DNA from: Bacillota bacterium
Lineage (GTDB): Bacteria; Bacillota; Clostridia; Saccharofermentanales; DTU023
DNA: 64,000 nt
Assembly: GCA_029570375.1 (NCBI GenBank)
Contig: JAKPXB010000043.1
Location: 1,225 to 65,224, forward strand
Reading direction: 5' to 3'
Below are positions 59,168-64,000 of this stretch, one piece after another (the stretch's first letter is position 1; every line of letters starts with the position of its first letter). A model generated the notes under the pieces. It ran no database searches, was not told the DNA's origin, and saw only the letters and a program-made list of their open reading frames with translations. A program made the position numbers and the translations under genes.

Positions 59168-60544
59168 TTAATCATTGTCAGCTACTTTGATGACGGGGAA
59201 ACGATCCGGCAATTCAATACCAGCCCTTTTGTAGATAGCTTTTGTACGCTTATTGGCTTCACGAAGGATTGCATCCTCATCCAGAACAAGGATTTTTCTG
59301 TCTCTCATGAGCCATTGGCCATTGCACATCGCCGATTTGATATTATTGGAGTGCATCGCTGTAACAAGTGCTGCGATTTTGTCATTCACCGGCATCATAG
59401 AAGGTCCGTATGGATCGATGACGATAAGGTCAGCTTTTTTTCCTTTTTCAAGTGACCCGTAAAGTTTATCATCTAAGAGCGCCCGTGCCCCCCATTTTGT
59501 TGCCATACGCAAAACGTCATGCGCGGGAACGACAGTCGGATCGAGCCGCCATCCCTTGTGGATAAGAGAGGTAAGCCACATCTCGTCTACTATATCCATA
59601 CGGTTGGATGAAGAGGCGCCATCTGTGCCAATTGATACTTTGATTCCCATATCCAGCATCTTGGGAACACGCGCAAAACCAAGAACGCGCATTGCCGAAG
59701 CGGGATTATGGGAAATTTTCACATCGCGTTTCTTAATGAGTTCCAATTCTTCATCTGTTAGCCATACGGTATGGACAGCAAGAAGGTTCCCGCCGAGAAC
59801 GCCCAAGTTCTCGAGATGCTTGACTGTTCCAACCCCAAAGCGGTCGTAAGTGTAATCTTTTTCTTCTTTCGCCTCCGCGACATGCATGTGAATACCGACA
59901 CCATAGTGGTCAGCAAGTTCTTTTGTGCGGATACAGAGCTCGTCGGTATTATTGAAAATAGTACGCAAACCAAACCACACCTGAACCCTGCCATCCGCTG
60001 TATTGTGATATTTTTCAAGATCAATGATCTGTTGCTCAAGTTCCTGTTCGAGAGTAAGTTGCCATTTCTTTGGCAACCCTTCTCCACAATCCATAACAGA
60101 TTTTGCGAGTTTACCGCGTAATCCGGATTCTTTAGTTGCTCTCGCCATTCCTGAAACATACTGTCCCCCGGGTTCAGCAAAAGAGGTCACGCCCGATCGT
60201 ATCAACTCGAGACAGGTGAGCAGAGTTGAAATATAGGAGTCCTCTTCCGTCATATTGCTTTCAAAAGGCCACATTCTTTTGTGCAACCATGTAATAAAGT
60301 CAACATCGTCTCCGACACCTCGACTAAGCTGCTGAGAGGTGTGGACATGTGTGTTGACAAAACCGGGGAGAATGTATTTTCCATCCAGTTCGATGATTTC
60401 AGCGTCTGACTTAAGTGATGCAGGGTCAACATTGCCAACGGCAATGATACGGTCATCCTCGACAAGGACACCTCCACCGTCATAGACAGTGTCGTTTGCA
60501 TCCATGCTCAGTATGAAACCGTTTTTAAGGTAAATTTGCCCCAT
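59168..60544 (-). CDS. Amidohydrolase of the ATZ/TRZ (MtaD / guanine-deaminase-like) family
   Basis: PGFVNTHVHTSQ (HxH), HVAEAKEE, and IGTDGASSSNRMD. Confidence 0.7.
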   Translation of the reverse strand: MGQIYLKNGFILSMDANDTVYDGGGVLVEDDRIIAVGNVDPASLKSDAEIIELDGKYILPGFVNTHVHTSQQLSRGVGDDVDFITWLHKRMWPFESNMTEEDSYISTLLTCLELIRSGVTSFAEPGGQYVSGMARATKESGLRGKLAKSVMDCGEGLPKKWQLTLEQELEQQIIDLEKYHNTADGRVQVWFGLRTIFNNTDELCIRTKELADHYGVGIHMHVAEAKEEKDYTYDRFGVGTVKHLENLGVLGGNLLAVHTVWLTDEELELIKKRDVKISHNPASAMRVLGFARVPKMLDMGIKVSIGTDGASSSNRMDIVDEMWLTSLIHKGWRLDPTVVPAHDVLRMATKWGARALLDDKLYGSLEKGKKADLIVIDPYGPSMMPVNDKIAALVTAMHSNNIKSAMCNGQWLMRDRKILVLDEDAILREANKRTKAIYKRAGIELPDRFPVIKVADND

Positions 60545-60592
60545 TTTTAGTGATTCCTTAATCCTTTCTAATCAATTCTAATCATTTTTTTG

Positions 60593-62353
60593 TCAATTGA
60601 TTTCAATGACTGGGTCGATGATTCTGAATGTTGCTACATCAAATAGCCCCTGGTCGCTGATAGCCAGCTCGGGAATAAAAATGAGTGTAATGAAGGAAAG
60701 CGTTACATTTGGCGAAGGAACGGTACACCCTCGATCTGCCATCGCCTTGATGATTGAGCGCAGTTTTTCTGCCACAATATCGCCGTCTTCGTTTGCCAGG
60801 AGACCGCAAATGGGCAGTGCTATTTCCGCGATCACTTCACCGCCATCCACAAAGACAAAGCCGCCTTGCAAATCTTGAATCCGATTGACAGCGAGCGCCA
60901 TGTCGTCTGGGTTCGATCCGACGACGCTTACATTGTGGTGGTCATGGCCGACAGAAATGGCAATGGCGCCTGCTCTTAGACCAAAGTTTTTGATAAAGGA
61001 TTTGCCAATTGAGCCATTTTTTCCGTATCTCTCGATGCAGGCGATGTGGAGAATGTCATTTTCCAAGTCGGAACGAATATATCCGTCGACTACTGGAAGC
61101 TCTGCGACGAGACTTTTGGTTAGAAGCGAAACAGGAGAAGCGCCAATGACGTGGACTTTAGCGCTCTTAGCGCCTTGATCGGCGGAAATAATGAGATCGT
61201 GTCCTTTGACAAAAGGCATATGGACAGTTCCGCGTAGATTGTCGCTGTATTTAGGTCCTGCAAAGTCCTGGCAAAGCTTGCCGTTTTGGACGACTAGTTT
61301 CCCCTTTGCCACAACACGGTCGATGAGACATTCTTCCAGTGAAGAGAGAAGCACAATGTCGGCATATTTCCCGGGGCTGATAGAACCACACTCGTGATCG
61401 ATGCGGAAAGATTCGGCGGGGTTGATTGTCACCATCTGAATAGCGGTGACAGGATCGATTCCCTCTTCGACAGCGATGCGTACTTTGTGATCTAAGTGCC
61501 CATAGTCCTTTATGTGTAAGGCGTCAATATCGTCTGAGACCATCGAACAATGGCGTGTGTCAACGCCATTTTCGGTGATTATTTTAAGGCAGGGGCGCAG
61601 ATCGGTGGATGCGGAACCTTCTCGCATCAGGACGCGTAGACCGACTCTCAGTTTTTGTAGAGCTTCTTCTTTGTTAGTACTCTCATGATCGGAATTTATA
61701 CCGGCAGAAGCGAAGGCATTGAGATCACCATCATACAAGGCAGGCGCATGCCCTTCAGCAGTTTTGTGAAACTTCTTCGCAAGCCTGAGAATATTGGCGG
61801 AGTTATCGCTTCCTGCCAAGATAGGTGGAGCCAGAACCTCGGCGAGCCCAATGGCTTCTGGTAACTGGACCAATTCTTCCATCATGGCAGTCTTCAATGT
61901 CGACCCTGTTGTTTGGAGACCACTCTCTTCCATAAACGCCGGTACAGTGTAGTAAAGCTTCACAGGCGTATTGACAGACTCTGATAAAATCTCTTTCATT
62001 CCCTCGACTCCGGAGACAATGGTGATTTCCATTAAGTCAGACGCGACTGATGTGGTACCGTGCTTGATGACCATTTTTGCAAACTCACTAAAGGTGAGCA
62101 TACTACTTTCGATGTGAATATGGGCATCAATGAAACCAGGAACGAGATATCCCCCTGCGGCATCTATAATCCCTGTCTTCGCGTTGTAAACAGTTTCAGG
62201 TAAATTACCGACAAAAGCGATGCGGTTGCCGACAATCGCAACATCTGCCGGATAGATTTCAGCGGTGTGTACGTTGACGAGCCTGCCATTTTTTATGATC
62301 AGACCTGCGGCTTCCTTGCCAGTGGCGACGGCGATCAACCTCTTATCCATCAT
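60593..62353 (-). CDS. ade: Adenine deaminase
   Basis: LVPGFIDAHIHIESSML, 586 aa, and a two-domain architecture typical of Ade. Confidence 0.8.
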   Translation of the reverse strand: MMDKRLIAVATGKEAAGLIIKNGRLVNVHTAEIYPADVAIVGNRIAFVGNLPETVYNAKTGIIDAAGGYLVPGFIDAHIHIESSMLTFSEFAKMVIKHGTTSVASDLMEITIVSGVEGMKEILSESVNTPVKLYYTVPAFMEESGLQTTGSTLKTAMMEELVQLPEAIGLAEVLAPPILAGSDNSANILRLAKKFHKTAEGHAPALYDGDLNAFASAGINSDHESTNKEEALQKLRVGLRVLMREGSASTDLRPCLKIITENGVDTRHCSMVSDDIDALHIKDYGHLDHKVRIAVEEGIDPVTAIQMVTINPAESFRIDHECGSISPGKYADIVLLSSLEECLIDRVVAKGKLVVQNGKLCQDFAGPKYSDNLRGTVHMPFVKGHDLIISADQGAKSAKVHVIGASPVSLLTKSLVAELPVVDGYIRSDLENDILHIACIERYGKNGSIGKSFIKNFGLRAGAIAISVGHDHHNVSVVGSNPDDMALAVNRIQDLQGGFVFVDGGEVIAEIALPICGLLANEDGDIVAEKLRSIIKAMADRGCTVPSPNVTLSFITLIFIPELAISDQGLFDVATFRIIDPVIEIN

Positions 62354-62788
62354 TTCAAAATCTCCTTCCTTATGTGCACAGAGCTTGTCTGCTTTCGATA
62401 AACATCTTTGTTAAGAGTAATGTGTATCGCCTATGCGTTCTTGTTCTTTACTTTGATCTGTGTTAATTGGTGTTCAGGCACATAGTATTAGCGGATATAT
62501 TAATGTGGAGTGATCAAGATGTGTCAATTAGCACAAACCATATTTTCTAAATTAAAGAAATTCGTATAAATATTAGTCCTAAGTGGAATTTTAGCATCGC
62601 AGCGATACTGTGTCAACGCGATTTTAAGCCATTGTGTTTTGGTGTTTTATGTTTTTTACTAAGATTGCGAACGCAAAAAGATCGCGTATTATTGACTGAG
62701 TTTCGACGAGAGCGAAACAGTTGCAAGATTATTGGTACAATCATTGATAACATAATAAAAATAGATATTGGGAAGGAGGGAGTGTACT

Positions 62789-63340
62789 TTGGAGGATAAC
62801 AGTTACAAAAATACACGCAGAATACGTAAAGAGAGGAAAATGACACTCAAAGATCTTGCGAAGCAATGTGGTTTATCTGTTTCCTTTTTGAGTAAATATG
62901 AAAATGGTAAGTCGAGTATTACTGTAACAGCTCTAAGAAATATTGCTCAGGCACTCAACGTTCCCATTAAAGTACTCATTGCTTCTGAAGAGGAGCAGGA
63001 TCTGTTAGTTATTAGGTGCGAAGATCGATTCTCTGTCGTACAAAATGAAAAGGACCACACAATTCAAGATTTCCTGACAAAAGGAGGTCTGTTCGACATG
63101 CAGGTAACCGTTATGCACATGCCGCCACACACCTCTTCTGGCGAACTCGGATCGCATGACGGGGAAGAGTTCATATATGTGTTAGAGGGCGAAATAGTTT
63201 TAAAGCTGGAGGGGCATGCTCCCATCCACCTTGGAAAAAGCGACATGGCGTATTATTTCTCTCAGAATAAACACGGTTGGGAAAATAAAAAAGACGAGAA
63301 AGCAGTATTTTTGGCTGTTACGTCAAGTAAAGGGTTTTGA
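62789..63340 (+). CDS. XRE-family HTH regulator with a C-terminal cupin sensor domain
   Basis: MTLKDLAKQCGLSVSFLSKYENG HTH plus the cupin motif GEEFIYVLEGEI. The likely start is TTG 62789, 8 nt after GGAGGG; the ORF track starts at 62768. Confidence 0.75.
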   Translation: MEDNSYKNTRRIRKERKMTLKDLAKQCGLSVSFLSKYENGKSSITVTALRNIAQALNVPIKVLIASEEEQDLLVIRCEDRFSVVQNEKDHTIQDFLTKGGLFDMQVTVMHMPPHTSSGELGSHDGEEFIYVLEGEIVLKLEGHAPIHLGKSDMAYYFSQNKHGWENKKDEKAVFLAVTSSKGF

Positions 63341-63364
63341 TTAATCACTGCTATCAAACGGAAT

Positions 63365-63390
63365 GGGGGATCGCATAAATGCAATCCCCC
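63365..63390. terminator. Hairpin between the convergent regulator and eno genes
   Basis: GGGGGATCGCA-TAAA-TGCAATCCCCC, an 11-bp stem with one mismatch. The flanking U-tracts are weak. Confidence 0.4.
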
Positions 63391-63492
63391 CTGATGACAA
63401 TAAATCTGTCTGCTTCCAGAGAATGATTGAGCGTTTTCGGTGTCCCTCATGCCCTTAAGAGAAGGCACTTGTTTTCACTTGTCCCTTACAGC

Positions 63493-64000
<508 letters not shown>

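Overview
High-GC (about 60%) Firmicutes/Clostridia-like chromosomal segment centred on the replication origin. The dnaA-dnaN-recF-remB-gyrB block is flanked by two DnaA-box clusters, with soj/spo0J and a perfect parS nearby. Nearly all genes are on the minus strand. From left to right: (i) 1-4.3 kb, the integrase-proximal end of an integrative element (ICE or prophage-like) sitting against the 3' end of guaA, with a cI/cro-type switch and palindromic operators; (ii) housekeeping genes: guaA, cobO, two ABC-2 exporter clusters, B12-dependent nrdJ, a pyrR-pyrB-pyrC-pyrF-pyrK-pyrD operon with a PyrR attenuator, xpt, a GltS-like symporter, yfhO; (iii) the origin block; (iv) nadE, pepP, an SDR; (v) 54.1-63.4 kb, a roughly 9 kb lower-GC island with a BMP-type nucleoside ABC importer, two deaminase-type amidohydrolases and a cupin-XRE regulator; (vi) a partial eno. 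I found no rRNA, tRNA or CRISPR array, and no recognisable defence system. The most unusual observations are: a continuous ORF fusing a PyrE-like PRTase domain to the CCA-adding enzyme at the end of the pyr operon; GuaA and NadE both appearing to carry catalytically dead glutaminase domains; the immunity region of the integrative element; and non-canonical origin synteny. All calls rest on reading motifs by eye; no database search was run.
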